Shown here: piece by piece, positions 54,766 to 62,123 of the stretch
How the letters are laid out: each line of letters starts with the position of its first letter
How positions within the stretch are numbered: position 1 is the first letter of the stretch
DNA from: Escherichia coli
Lineage (GTDB): Bacteria > Pseudomonadota > Gammaproteobacteria > Enterobacterales > Enterobacteriaceae
Direction: 5' to 3' (one strand)
NCBI RefSeq assembly: GCF_003334815.1
Contig: NZ_QOWO01000026.1
Length of the DNA: 62,123 nucleotides
The notes under the pieces: generated by a model
What the model was told of the DNA's origin: nothing
Databases searched by the model: none
The model's input: the letters and a program-made list of their open reading frames with translations, nothing else
Translations under genes and position numbers: made by a program

Positions 54766-55245
54766 TTACTTCGTTTTCTCGCAATCCAGAACTGTATTTA
54801 CAATCATCTGATACCCCGTGCAGCGACAAAGATTTCCCGCCAGTCCGCGACGAATTTCCGTAATGGTTAATGGCTTCTCGCGTGGTTTCGCCAGCATTGC
54901 CGTGGTAGCCATAATCAGGCCAGGCGTACAAAACCCGCACTGCACTGCGCCGGATTTCGCATAAGCCTGCTGAACATGAGAAAGTTTTCCGCCTTTCGCT
55001 TCACCTTCCAGCGTGCGGATCTCTTTTCCTTCAGCCCAGGCGGCAAGGTATAAGCAACTGTCTATTGCTGTGCCGTCGACCAACACCGTACAGGCACCAC
55101 ATTCACCCACGCAGCACCCTTGTTTGACACTTAGCAGTCCTTGTTCGCGGAGTAATTCCGAGAGCGGCGTGCCTGGTGCGGCGTGAAGCTGAAAAGGCAT
55201 CCCGTTAATGGTGCATTCGATGGTAATTGTTTCGCTGTGATTCAT
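54766..55245 (-). CDS. xdhC: Xanthine dehydrogenase Fe-S subunit (2x 2Fe-2S)
   Basis: 159 aa carrying the CxxGxCGxC and C..C motifs. Confidence 0.9.
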
Positions 55246-56120
55246 TGCAATTTTCCCCCCGCCGCGGCGACGGCTTCGCTAATCACTTTTTTGGTCATCG
55301 TCTGGATGAGATGCAGACGAAACTCTTTACTGGCCCGCCATGAAGAACGCGGGGCGACATCTTGCAGGACAGATTCGCTGATAGCTTCCAGCGTTTGCAG
55401 GTTTAATGGCGCATTTTGTGCAGTCTGTTCGGCATGTTGGCAGCGAATCGGCGTTGGCGCGGCAACACCAAATGCCAGGCGTAATTCGCTGAAATTGCCG
55501 TTATCCAGTCGGCAATGTGCGGCGCAGCCAATCGTTGAAATATCCATTGCGTCGCGCATGGCATATTTAAAATGCGCGCTGCCCGCGTGTTCTTTCGGCT
55601 GTGGCGGAAAATGAAAGGCGACGAGGATTTCGTCATGCTCAAGAGACACTTTGCCCGGCCCGGTGTGAAAGCCATTAATCGGGACGAAACGAACACCGCG
55701 CGGGGAGTGGATCTCCAGTTTCGCGTCATAAATTAGCGTTGGCGTGGCAGAATCTGCGCTGGTGGCACCGTTGCAAATATTTCCACCGTAGGTAGCGACG
55801 TTACGGATCTGCGGTCCAGCAATGGACGTGGCCGCAGCACATAACGCCGGGAGATGACGTTGAGTTATAGGATCTTCTATTAGCTGGGTAAATGTCGTTG
55901 CAGAGCCGATACGTAGCGAGCCATCTTCCGCCAGCGTAATTCCCCGCAGCTCCGCCAGATTATGAATATCAACAATATGGCGATAACGGTCATTGTGATG
56001 GTGGAGCTGAATCAGTACGTCAGTGCCACCGGCGAGCAGTTTGGCCTGCGGGTTGTCAGCCAGCAGGTTGATGGCATCGGCAAGGGTTGCTGCGCGATGG
56101 TAAGAAGCAAAATCAAACAT
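55242..56120 (-). CDS. xdhB: Xanthine dehydrogenase FAD-binding subunit
   Basis: 292 aa with a CoxM-like fold. It overlaps the xdhC start by 4 nt. Confidence 0.9.
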
Positions 56121-56130
56121 GATGTTATCC

Positions 56131-58389
56131 TCAAATCAATCCTGCCAGATGGAACTCTTCATATAACCGTTTTGGCGTCAGCGGCAGTGTATTGATTGCA
56201 ACACCGGTAGCCATCTTCACCGCGTTACGAATAGCAGCGGCAACAGGAATTATTGGTGGCTCACCCAGTGACTTATGTCCGTATGCGGATTGCGGCTCAT
56301 TGATTTCGACGAACGCGCTTTCCAGTTGTGGCAGATCCGGCATGGTCGGCATTTTGTAATCCAGCAGATTGGGGTTACGGACCACGCCGCTTTTAGCATC
56401 GATGATCATCTCTTCAAATAGCGCCCAGCCAATGCCCATTCCCATTCCGCCGTGTACCTGACCTTCTGCCAGCAGTGGATTAAGAATATGCCCTGAATCA
56501 TGAACGTTGAGGATGCGGTTGATGGTGACTTTGCACAGCGCAATATCGACCGTCAGATCAACAAAGGTACAGCCAAACGCCGGTGGGTTAGTGGTGGTTT
56601 TGATGGAGCTTTCAGCAGAGAGCTGCCCGCCGCGTTCAGGGTGGTAGAAAGCGTCCATCGCCAAATCTTTTAACGACATTAACGGCTCTTCCGGTCGTTC
56701 AACCAGCACGATATGGCCTTTTATCAGGGTCAGATTCATCGCTGACTGATGTAGCATGACTGCGGCGTGAGCGATGATTTTCTCTTTTAATAATAGTGCC
56801 GCACTGCGCAGCGCAGGCGCGGCAACATAGCTCTGGCGTGAGGCAAATGCGCCGGGATCGAACGGCGTAACGTCGGTATCTTGAGTTGAAATAACGCGAA
56901 CGTCGCTGACCGGAACCCCCACGGTTTCTGCCACCATTTGCGAGAAGACGGTGTCGGCACCCTGACCGATTTCCGTCGCGCCGCTTTGCACGTTGATGGT
57001 TCCATCCTGATTCATCAGAAGGCGCGCGCCTGCTATTTCTACGCCGACAGGCCAGGTGTTAGAGGTGTAGCTAAAACAGGCGACGCCAACGCCGCGGCGC
57101 AAATTGCCTTGCTGGTTCTGGCATTCTGCACGGCGTTTTTCCCATTCAAAGATTTTCCGGCCTTTTTCAAGACACTCCGGCAACCCTGCGCTGTAAATAC
57201 GTTTGCCCGTGAGCGGATTAGCATCTCCTTCGCGGGCGGCGTTGCGTAAACGAATTTCAACAGGATCAATACCTAACGCTGTCGCGGCGTCATCAAGCAT
57301 AGACTCAACGGCAAATACGACTTGTGGCGCGCCATAACCACGCATCGCACCAGCCGAGGGGAGGTTGGTATAGCAGGTCTTTGAACTGTAAGCGTAGGCA
57401 CAACGAGGATAAAGGTAAGCGACTTTATTCCCCCCCGCAGAAGCGATGGAGTGCCCGTGAGATGCATAAGCGCCGGTGTTAGACAGAACATCCAGACTAT
57501 AACCTTTCAATGTTCCGTCGCGGTTCACGCCCATTTGCCCGTCAATGGTAAAAGCGTGGCGGGTACGGGTTGCGAGGAAACACTCTTCACGGCTAAGGGA
57601 AACTTTCACCGGAATGCCGCCAAGCTTGCTGGTCAGGAATGCCGCCATTGGCTCTTCCAGTACATCCTGTTTATTACCAAAACCGCCACCGACAAATGGT
57701 TTGATGACTCGTACGCATGACCAGGGAATATCCAGCGCCTGACCAACCACGCGGCGAACAATGTGCGGGATCTGGGTGCTGGAAACGATGGTAATTCGCG
57801 AGTCATCCTCCATCCACGCCAGCGATGTTACGCTTTCCATGTGACAATGTTGAATAACGGGGGTCTGATAGTGCCCCTGTACCTGGTAGTCGGCGGCATC
57901 GATTGTTTGTTGGACATTACCCGTCGACATCGTGCTTTGTTTCAGTAAATTGCCACCGTTATGGATTGGTGCAGCGTCTTCTGCCAGCGCCGCTTCTGGC
58001 GTGGTGATAACGGGTAATTCTTGCCACTCAATGCTGACCAATTGCGCCGCTTTTTCTGCCGTGAGTTCATCGCGGGCCACGACGATGGCAACGGCGTCAC
58101 CATGATGACGAACATGGCGAGTTAGCAGTGCGCGATCGGCGGTATCGCGCTTGTTTTCGTCAAGTGTCCAGGCATGCCCAGCTGTAGCGAATGGAATATC
58201 AGGCACATCTTCCCAGGTAAAAATCGCCAGTACGCCCGGCAAACTTCTGGCTTGTTCATCATTAATACTTACGGCATAACCATGTGCGATAGGGCTACGT
58301 ACATATTTCGCATAACACATGCCCGCCATAACATAATCGTCAGTATATCGTGCCCGCCCGGTGACCTTAGCAATGGCATCGACGCGCAT
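56131..58389 (-). CDS. xdhA: Xanthine dehydrogenase molybdopterin-binding subunit
   Basis: 752 aa from MRVDAIAKVTGRARYTDD. The ORF track extends it by 13 codons. Confidence 0.9.
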   Translation of the reverse strand: MRVDAIAKVTGRARYTDDYVMAGMCYAKYVRSPIAHGYAVSINDEQARSLPGVLAIFTWEDVPDIPFATAGHAWTLDENKRDTADRALLTRHVRHHGDAVAIVVARDELTAEKAAQLVSIEWQELPVITTPEAALAEDAAPIHNGGNLLKQSTMSTGNVQQTIDAADYQVQGHYQTPVIQHCHMESVTSLAWMEDDSRITIVSSTQIPHIVRRVVGQALDIPWSCVRVIKPFVGGGFGNKQDVLEEPMAAFLTSKLGGIPVKVSLSREECFLATRTRHAFTIDGQMGVNRDGTLKGYSLDVLSNTGAYASHGHSIASAGGNKVAYLYPRCAYAYSSKTCYTNLPSAGAMRGYGAPQVVFAVESMLDDAATALGIDPVEIRLRNAAREGDANPLTGKRIYSAGLPECLEKGRKIFEWEKRRAECQNQQGNLRRGVGVACFSYTSNTWPVGVEIAGARLLMNQDGTINVQSGATEIGQGADTVFSQMVAETVGVPVSDVRVISTQDTDVTPFDPGAFASRQSYVAAPALRSAALLLKEKIIAHAAVMLHQSAMNLTLIKGHIVLVERPEEPLMSLKDLAMDAFYHPERGGQLSAESSIKTTTNPPAFGCTFVDLTVDIALCKVTINRILNVHDSGHILNPLLAEGQVHGGMGMGIGWALFEEMIIDAKSGVVRNPNLLDYKMPTMPDLPQLESAFVEINEPQSAYGHKSLGEPPIIPVAAAIRNAVKMATGVAINTLPLTPKRLYEEFHLAGLI

Positions 58390-58483
58390 GCATGATTCAC
58401 CCGTAGCGGTTGCTTCCCGCGCTTCCATAGAAATCCCCTCGATTTGAACATTTGGTTCTTATGGCAAAGATTTAGTCTAAGCA

Positions 58484-58500
58484 GGCAAGATTTACGCCAG
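58484..58500 (-). promoter_or_regulatory. Candidate sigma54 (-24/-12) promoter for xdhABC
   Basis: On the minus strand, cTGGCGTaaatcTTGCc has the conserved GG and GC with the canonical spacing. It lies about 95-110 nt upstream of the xdhA ATG. Confidence 0.4.
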
Positions 58501-58842
58501 AAACGACGATAAGCGTTAGGGGAGGTAGGAAGTGTGATGACGTTAAAAAAACACAGATATGATACGAAACAGGACTCTGAATAGGGGCAGTGATACGTAT
58601 CAATATGAGTGGCGATAAAATCAATGTGATAAATTGGGATTATTACGCATCAGGATGGGAAATAGGGTAAAAAGTCAGGAAGTTCGATACCTCTACAGCG
58701 AATATTTTGCTGATGATACTTCCCTTTGCCAAATGAAATTAACCTCTTTCTCTATTACCACGTTTTTCCAGAAGCAAGAGATTGGGTATCAAGAGGCTGG
58801 CTGCTATGATAAGGCGTCTTGTTTTTTAAGCGAGGAAAGATT

Positions 58843-59598
58843 TTGAGTGCGGGACGCCTGAATAAAAAATCTCTGGGTATCGTGATGTTGTTATCGGTTG
58901 GACTGCTTTTGGCGGGCTGTTCGGGTAGCAAATCATCCGATACAGGAACGTATTCCGGCTCCGTTTACACCGTGAAACGGGGGGATACGCTATATCGTAT
59001 TTCGCGCACCACGGGAACCAGCGTAAAAGAACTGGCGCGACTGAACGGCATTTCCCCCCCTTACACCATTGAAGTTGGTCAGAAACTAAAACTGGGTGGG
59101 GCGAAAAGTAGCAGTATTACACGTAAATCAACCGCCAAATCAACGACCAAAACCGCATCGGTTACACCGTCATCAGCGGTACCGAAATCATCCTGGCCGC
59201 CAGTAGGGCAACGTTGTTGGTTATGGCCAACGACAGGGAAAGTTATCATGCCGTATTCGACAGCAGATGGCGGCAATAAAGGGATTGATATCTCAGCTCC
59301 ACGGGGTACACCTATTTACGCCGCGGGTGCAGGAAAGGTGGTGTATGTGGGCAACCAGCTGCGTGGCTACGGTAATCTCATCATGATTAAACACAGTGAA
59401 GATTACATTACGGCTTACGCCCATAATGACACGATGCTGGTAAATAATGGGCAAAGCGTGAAGGCTGGGCAAAAAATCGCCACTATGGGGAGCACGGATG
59501 CGGCATCTGTTCGCCTGCATTTCCAGATTCGTTACCGTGCAACGGCAATTGATCCGCTACGTTACTTGCCGCCTCAGGGCAGCAAGCCAAAATGCTGA
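58843..59598 (+). CDS. ygeR: LysM / M23-peptidase lipoprotein (TTG start)
   Basis: 251 aa from (L)SAGRLNKKSLGIVMLLSVGLLLAGCSG, with a lipobox, a LysM domain (YTVKRGDTLYRISR) and an M23 HxH motif. Confidence 0.85.
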   Translation: MSAGRLNKKSLGIVMLLSVGLLLAGCSGSKSSDTGTYSGSVYTVKRGDTLYRISRTTGTSVKELARLNGISPPYTIEVGQKLKLGGAKSSSITRKSTAKSTTKTASVTPSSAVPKSSWPPVGQRCWLWPTTGKVIMPYSTADGGNKGIDISAPRGTPIYAAGAGKVVYVGNQLRGYGNLIMIKHSEDYITAYAHNDTMLVNNGQSVKAGQKIATMGSTDAASVRLHFQIRYRATAIDPLRYLPPQGSKPKC

Positions 59599-59631
59599 TG
59601 GCGAATTAATCAGCAGTCAGCAGCGTGGCAC

Positions 59632-59658
59632 TTGCTAAGGAGAGCGTAAGGTTTATAA
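59632..59658 (+). promoter_or_regulatory. sigma70 promoter of glyU (-35 TTGCTA, -10 TATAAT)
   Basis: cTTGCTAaggagagcgtaaggttTATAATg sits 18-20 nt upstream of the mature tRNA 5' end. Confidence 0.6.
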
Positions 59659-59675
59659 TGCCTTACGCATCTCGA

Positions 59676-59750
59676 AGCGGGCGTAGTTCAATGGTAGAAC
59701 GAGAGCTTCCCAAGCTCTATACGAGGGTTCGATTCCCTTCGCCCGCTCCA
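59676..59750 (+). tRNA. glyU: tRNA-Gly (anticodon CCC)
   Basis: GCGGGCG acceptor stem, cuUCCCAag anticodon loop, GGTTCGATTCC T-arm, CGCCCGC-T-CCA 3' end. Confidence 0.92.
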
Positions 59751-59864
59751 TGACACTTCTTAAAGTATTCCAACTTACTGAATCCTAAGGGATATGGCTT
59801 AACGCCTCCTTGCAGAGTTACTTACTGTAACCCACTGTGTAACCCTCTCAGGGCATACAGACAT

Positions 59865-61511
59865 ATGATTCAGCTATCCAGCAGTCACAAACTTCCAGCC
59901 GTCTCCTATCTCTACCAGCGTAACGGCGTCTACTACTTCCGTCTTCGGGTCAGACAATCAAACAATGATAGAATGACCTCAATATCATTACGGACCAAGG
60001 ATAGACGCACCGCTATGGCTCACTCAAGGCACATCAAGGCAGCACTCAAGGCAATACACGCAGACAGACCCAACGCTACCTATGAGGAAATGAGGGAGCA
60101 CCTTAAGGACATCGCTGAGTGTGAACTGTCTATGGGCCGTTCAGATCTCTTTGAGCCTGACATGAGGGATATCTACCGGGACCAATACGGAGAACTTGGT
60201 GAGAGCCTTACCGATGCTCTGGCTAGTGAGCCGCTAAGTATTGACCAGCATCGTTACATCAATGAGGCCCTGAAGGTGCTAAAAGCCTGCATGAGGCGTA
60301 TCGAAGCGGGAGACAGTCAGCCTCTGATAGATTACGTCGATCATTTTAATGATATTGATAGGCAAGATAGCCAAGTAGCCTCTGTGTCCCTATCTGTTAA
60401 TGCTCCAGAAGTAAAACCAGAAGTAAAACCAGAAGTAAAACTAGAAGTAAAACCAGAAGTTACGCCTAGCATTACCATAGCGAGCCTCTTTGAGCAATAC
60501 GAAGCGGAGAATTATCAGAACTGGAAGCCTGCAACCTTAAGGGAAAACAAGGCGTCACACGCTGCGTTAATCGAAATATTCGACCATCTGGGTCTCAATG
60601 CAGACGCTAACAGGGCTGACATGCTTAAGGTCCGTGATGTGCTCCAGCAGTTACCTAGGAACCGTAAGCAGCGCTTCAAGGATGCCCCACTTGCTGACCT
60701 GTTGAGCCGTGAAGATAAGACAGATTGTCTGGATGTCGTTACCATCAACAACAAGTATCTTATTAAGATGGCTGCTGTCTTTAGGTGGGCTGTGCGCAAT
60801 GACTTGATTAAAAAGAACATGACTGAGGGTCTGGAGCTTAAAGTCCCTCAGCGTAAAGCCTCAGGGGCCCGTAACGCCTTCTCTACGGAGCAGGTGGGGC
60901 AACTACTGGTCGCAGCTAAGGCATACTCTCAGAAGACCTCTGGTAAGCCCTACCACTATTACGTTACGGCTTTGGCTGCTATCACTGGGGCGAGACTCAA
61001 TGAAATAGCCCAACTACAGGTCAAAGACGTCAGGACCACTGAGGCGGGAACCGTTTATATTCATATCAATGAAGACGATAGTAGTCTACCCGGTAAGAGC
61101 ATCAAGAACGCTCATAGTGACCGCTGTGTGCCTCTGGTCGATGGGGCCTATGGTTTTATATTGGCTGACTTTATGAGGTTGGTTGAGACCCGTAGAGGCG
61201 CTGATGGTGATGACGCTATGGTGTTCGATGGTCTTCGCCTCATGAAGAACGGTTACGGTGAGCAGGTGAGTAAATGGTTTAATCGGACGTTGTTGCCTAA
61301 AGTCCTCGCAGATCGTAGCGGCTTAGCGTTTCACTCGTTTAGACATACAGTTGCGACCCAGTTAAAACAACATGGGGTCGAGTTGGCGTATGCACAGGCG
61401 ATCATGGGGCATAGTTCAGGGTCTATTACTTACGACCGTTATGCTAAAGAGGTTGAGGTTGATAGGCTGGTCAATGTGATGGCTGATGTTTATAAGGAGA
61501 TTGTGGGGTAA
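59865..61511 (+). CDS. Tyrosine-type integrase of a genomic island inserted next to tRNA-Gly (N-terminal arm-type domain, PEVK-repeat linker, C-terminal catalytic domain)
   Basis: 548 aa. The N-terminus (SYLYQRNGVYYFRLRV) is typical of island/phage integrase arm-binding domains. The C-terminus has R (TGARLNE), HSFRHT and Y (ITYDRYAK) catalytic motifs. It starts 115 nt after the tRNA 3' end. Confidence 0.85.
   Translation: MIQLSSSHKLPAVSYLYQRNGVYYFRLRVRQSNNDRMTSISLRTKDRRTAMAHSRHIKAALKAIHADRPNATYEEMREHLKDIAECELSMGRSDLFEPDMRDIYRDQYGELGESLTDALASEPLSIDQHRYINEALKVLKACMRRIEAGDSQPLIDYVDHFNDIDRQDSQVASVSLSVNAPEVKPEVKPEVKLEVKPEVTPSITIASLFEQYEAENYQNWKPATLRENKASHAALIEIFDHLGLNADANRADMLKVRDVLQQLPRNRKQRFKDAPLADLLSREDKTDCLDVVTINNKYLIKMAAVFRWAVRNDLIKKNMTEGLELKVPQRKASGARNAFSTEQVGQLLVAAKAYSQKTSGKPYHYYVTALAAITGARLNEIAQLQVKDVRTTEAGTVYIHINEDDSSLPGKSIKNAHSDRCVPLVDGAYGFILADFMRLVETRRGADGDDAMVFDGLRLMKNGYGEQVSKWFNRTLLPKVLADRSGLAFHSFRHTVATQLKQHGVELAYAQAIMGHSSGSITYDRYAKEVEVDRLVNVMADVYKEIVG
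60405..60461 (+). repeat. Intragenic 12-bp tandem repeat (ccagaagtaaaa, about 4.75 copies) encoding (PEVK)n in the integrase
   Basis: ccagaagtaaaaccagaagtaaaaccagaagtaaaactagaagtaaaaccagaagtt. Confidence 0.9.
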
Positions 61512-61631
61512 CCAAGCTGTCCACCCCCGGGGAGATTTGCCTTGAGGATGACCATAGTCGATGACCATATTGCTACAGGCCTGTGTGGTCATGTTTTTGA
61601 CTCACGGTTTTCACTACTTGTCAAGGATTTC

Positions 61632-61654
61632 TAATACGACTCACTATAGAGAGA
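61632..61654 (+). promoter_or_regulatory. Near-consensus bacteriophage T7 RNA polymerase promoter (copy 1): TAATACGACTCACTATAG|AGAGA, with predicted +1 G at 61649
   Basis: Positions -17 to +1 match the T7 consensus TAATACGACTCACTATAG at 18 of 18. The +2 to +6 region is AGAGA against consensus GGAGA. The specificity positions -12 to -8 are T7-like (CGACT), not T3-like or SP6-like. Confidence 0.7.
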
Positions 61655-61769
61655 AGGGACACAAAAAGTTTTCTCTCTTTCTCTCTCTTCTAGGACACTT
61701 GCTACTACTACTACAGGCCTGTGTGGTCATGTTTTTGACTCACAGTTTTCACTACTTGTCAAGGATTTC

Positions 61770-61792
61770 TAATGCGACTCACTATAGAGAGA
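61770..61792 (+). promoter_or_regulatory. T7-type promoter (copy 2): TAATGCGACTCACTATAG|AGAGA, with predicted +1 G at 61787
   Basis: This is the second copy of the tandem repeat. It differs from copy 1 by a single mismatch, A to G at -13. Confidence 0.6.
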
Positions 61793-61858
61793 AGGGACAC
61801 AAAAAGTTTTCTCTCTTTCTCTCTCTTCTAGGACACTTGCTACTACTACTACAGGTAG

Positions 61859-61888
61859 CTCTAACTCTAACTCTAACTCTAACTCTAA
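61859..61888 (+). repeat. Hexanucleotide microsatellite (CTCTAA)5, followed by a degenerate ccgtaa unit; (TAC)4 lies just upstream in each 138-bp unit
   Basis: ctctaactctaactctaactctaactctaa. Confidence 0.9.
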
Positions 61889-62046
61889 CCGTAACTTATC
61901 GCATCCTTTCAGGGGCGGGATGACCAATTACAGACACCAAGCGTTCTACTTAAAGTGAATGCTTCCTGTGTGCTCTGGGTCAGTCGATAAGTGAATAGCA
62001 ATAGACATCATATTAAATATGGTCTCTACCCTACAGGGGCTTAACT

Positions 62047-62123
62047 CTGATGAATCCCCTAATGATTTTGGTAAAAATCATTAAGTTAAGGTGGATACAC
62101 ATCTTGTCATATGATCAAATGGT
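62047..62123 (+). mobile_element. Terminal 77 bp of an IS10 end (IS4 family, Tn10-type). The element continues beyond the window.
   Basis: ctgatgaatcccctaatgattttggtaaaaatcattaagttaaggtggatacacatcttgtcatatgatcaaatggt matches, from memory, the IS10 outside-end sequence that precedes the transposase start. The 9 bp immediately before it (ggcttaact) resemble the IS10 target consensus NGCTNAGCN. Confidence 0.7.

Larger units (their letters stand above)
61573..61855 (+). repeat. 138-bp tandem duplication (2.05 copies, 2 mismatches between copies)
   Basis: The unit ctacaggcctgtgtggtcatgtttttgactcac(g/a)gttttcactacttgtcaaggatttctaat(a/g)cgactcactatagagagaagggacacaaaaagttttctctctttctctctcttctaggacacttgctactacta starts at 61573, 61711 and 61849. 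Confidence 0.95.

Noticed and set aside
61573-61894. Possible CRISPR array
   Set aside because: There are only two copies of a 138-bp unit with no unique spacers. The hexamer and trimer runs are microsatellites. No cas genes are nearby.
61561-61923. 120-aa ORF spanning the 138-bp tandem repeat and the microsatellites
   Set aside because: The protein is an internally duplicated low-complexity artefact (MFLTHGFHYLSRISNTTHYREKGHKKFSLFLSLLGHLLLLLQ, twice) generated by the DNA repeat. The T7-type promoters lie inside it, so it would not be transcribed as a unit.
59865-62123. Complete T7-like prophage
   Set aside because: A T7-like phage with its own RNAP would normally have promoters matching its own, diverged specificity. 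More importantly, only about 600 bp lie between the integrase and the IS10 end, with no phage genes visible. The promoters look like T7-responsive cis elements, not part of a visible prophage. A larger element beyond the window cannot be excluded.

Overview
This window is Escherichia coli chromosome. It matches the K-12 serA to glyU neighbourhood (about 65-66 min), read in reverse orientation relative to the standard K-12 map.

Genes recognised, in window order:
- serA; the ibsC/sibC type I toxin-antitoxin pair; the ssrS (6S RNA)-ygfA operon; zapA; ygfB; pepP; ubiH; ubiI.
- gcvTHP; ygfF; bglA; yqfB; yqfA; ygfZ; the sdhE (ygfY)/ygfX (cptBA) pair; fldB; xerD; dsbC; recJ.
- The prfB-lysS operon, with the classic programmed +1 frameshift site in prfB; idi.
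- The whole purine/xanthine/urate catabolic supercluster: uacT, ygfT, ygfS, ghxQ, guaD, xanQ, xdhD, ygfM, ssnA, ygfK, mocA (ygfJ), yqeC, yqeB, yqeA, hyuA, ygeY, ygeX, ygeW, the sigma54 activator ygeV, and xdhCBA.
- ygeR and tRNA-Gly(CCC) glyU.

The core looks intact: no frameshifted or truncated genes were seen, and ygfQ is a single 455-aa ORF.

The unusual part is the last ~2.4 kb. Immediately 3' of glyU, where K-12 carries ETT2 remnants, sits a 548-aa tyrosine integrase with an internal PEVK 12-bp repeat. Downstream of it is a 138-bp tandem duplication. Each copy carries an almost perfect bacteriophage T7 RNA polymerase promoter (TAATACGACTCACTATAG followed by AGAGA), oriented into the rest of the island. 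After that come (TAC)4 and (CTCTAA)5 microsatellites, and then the first 77 bp of an IS10 end, which runs off the window.

I propose that this is the left edge of a tRNA-Gly-integrated mobile element that may sense or exploit T7-like phage RNA polymerase. That is an inference from sequence, not a demonstrated function.

Other points:
- Candidate sigma54 (-24/-12) promoters lie upstream of xdhA, ygeW and ygfK.
- Several REP clusters and a GGGTGAGG-type palindromic element family are present.
- Many ORF-track entries are antisense or 5'-extended artefacts. I trimmed or rejected these.
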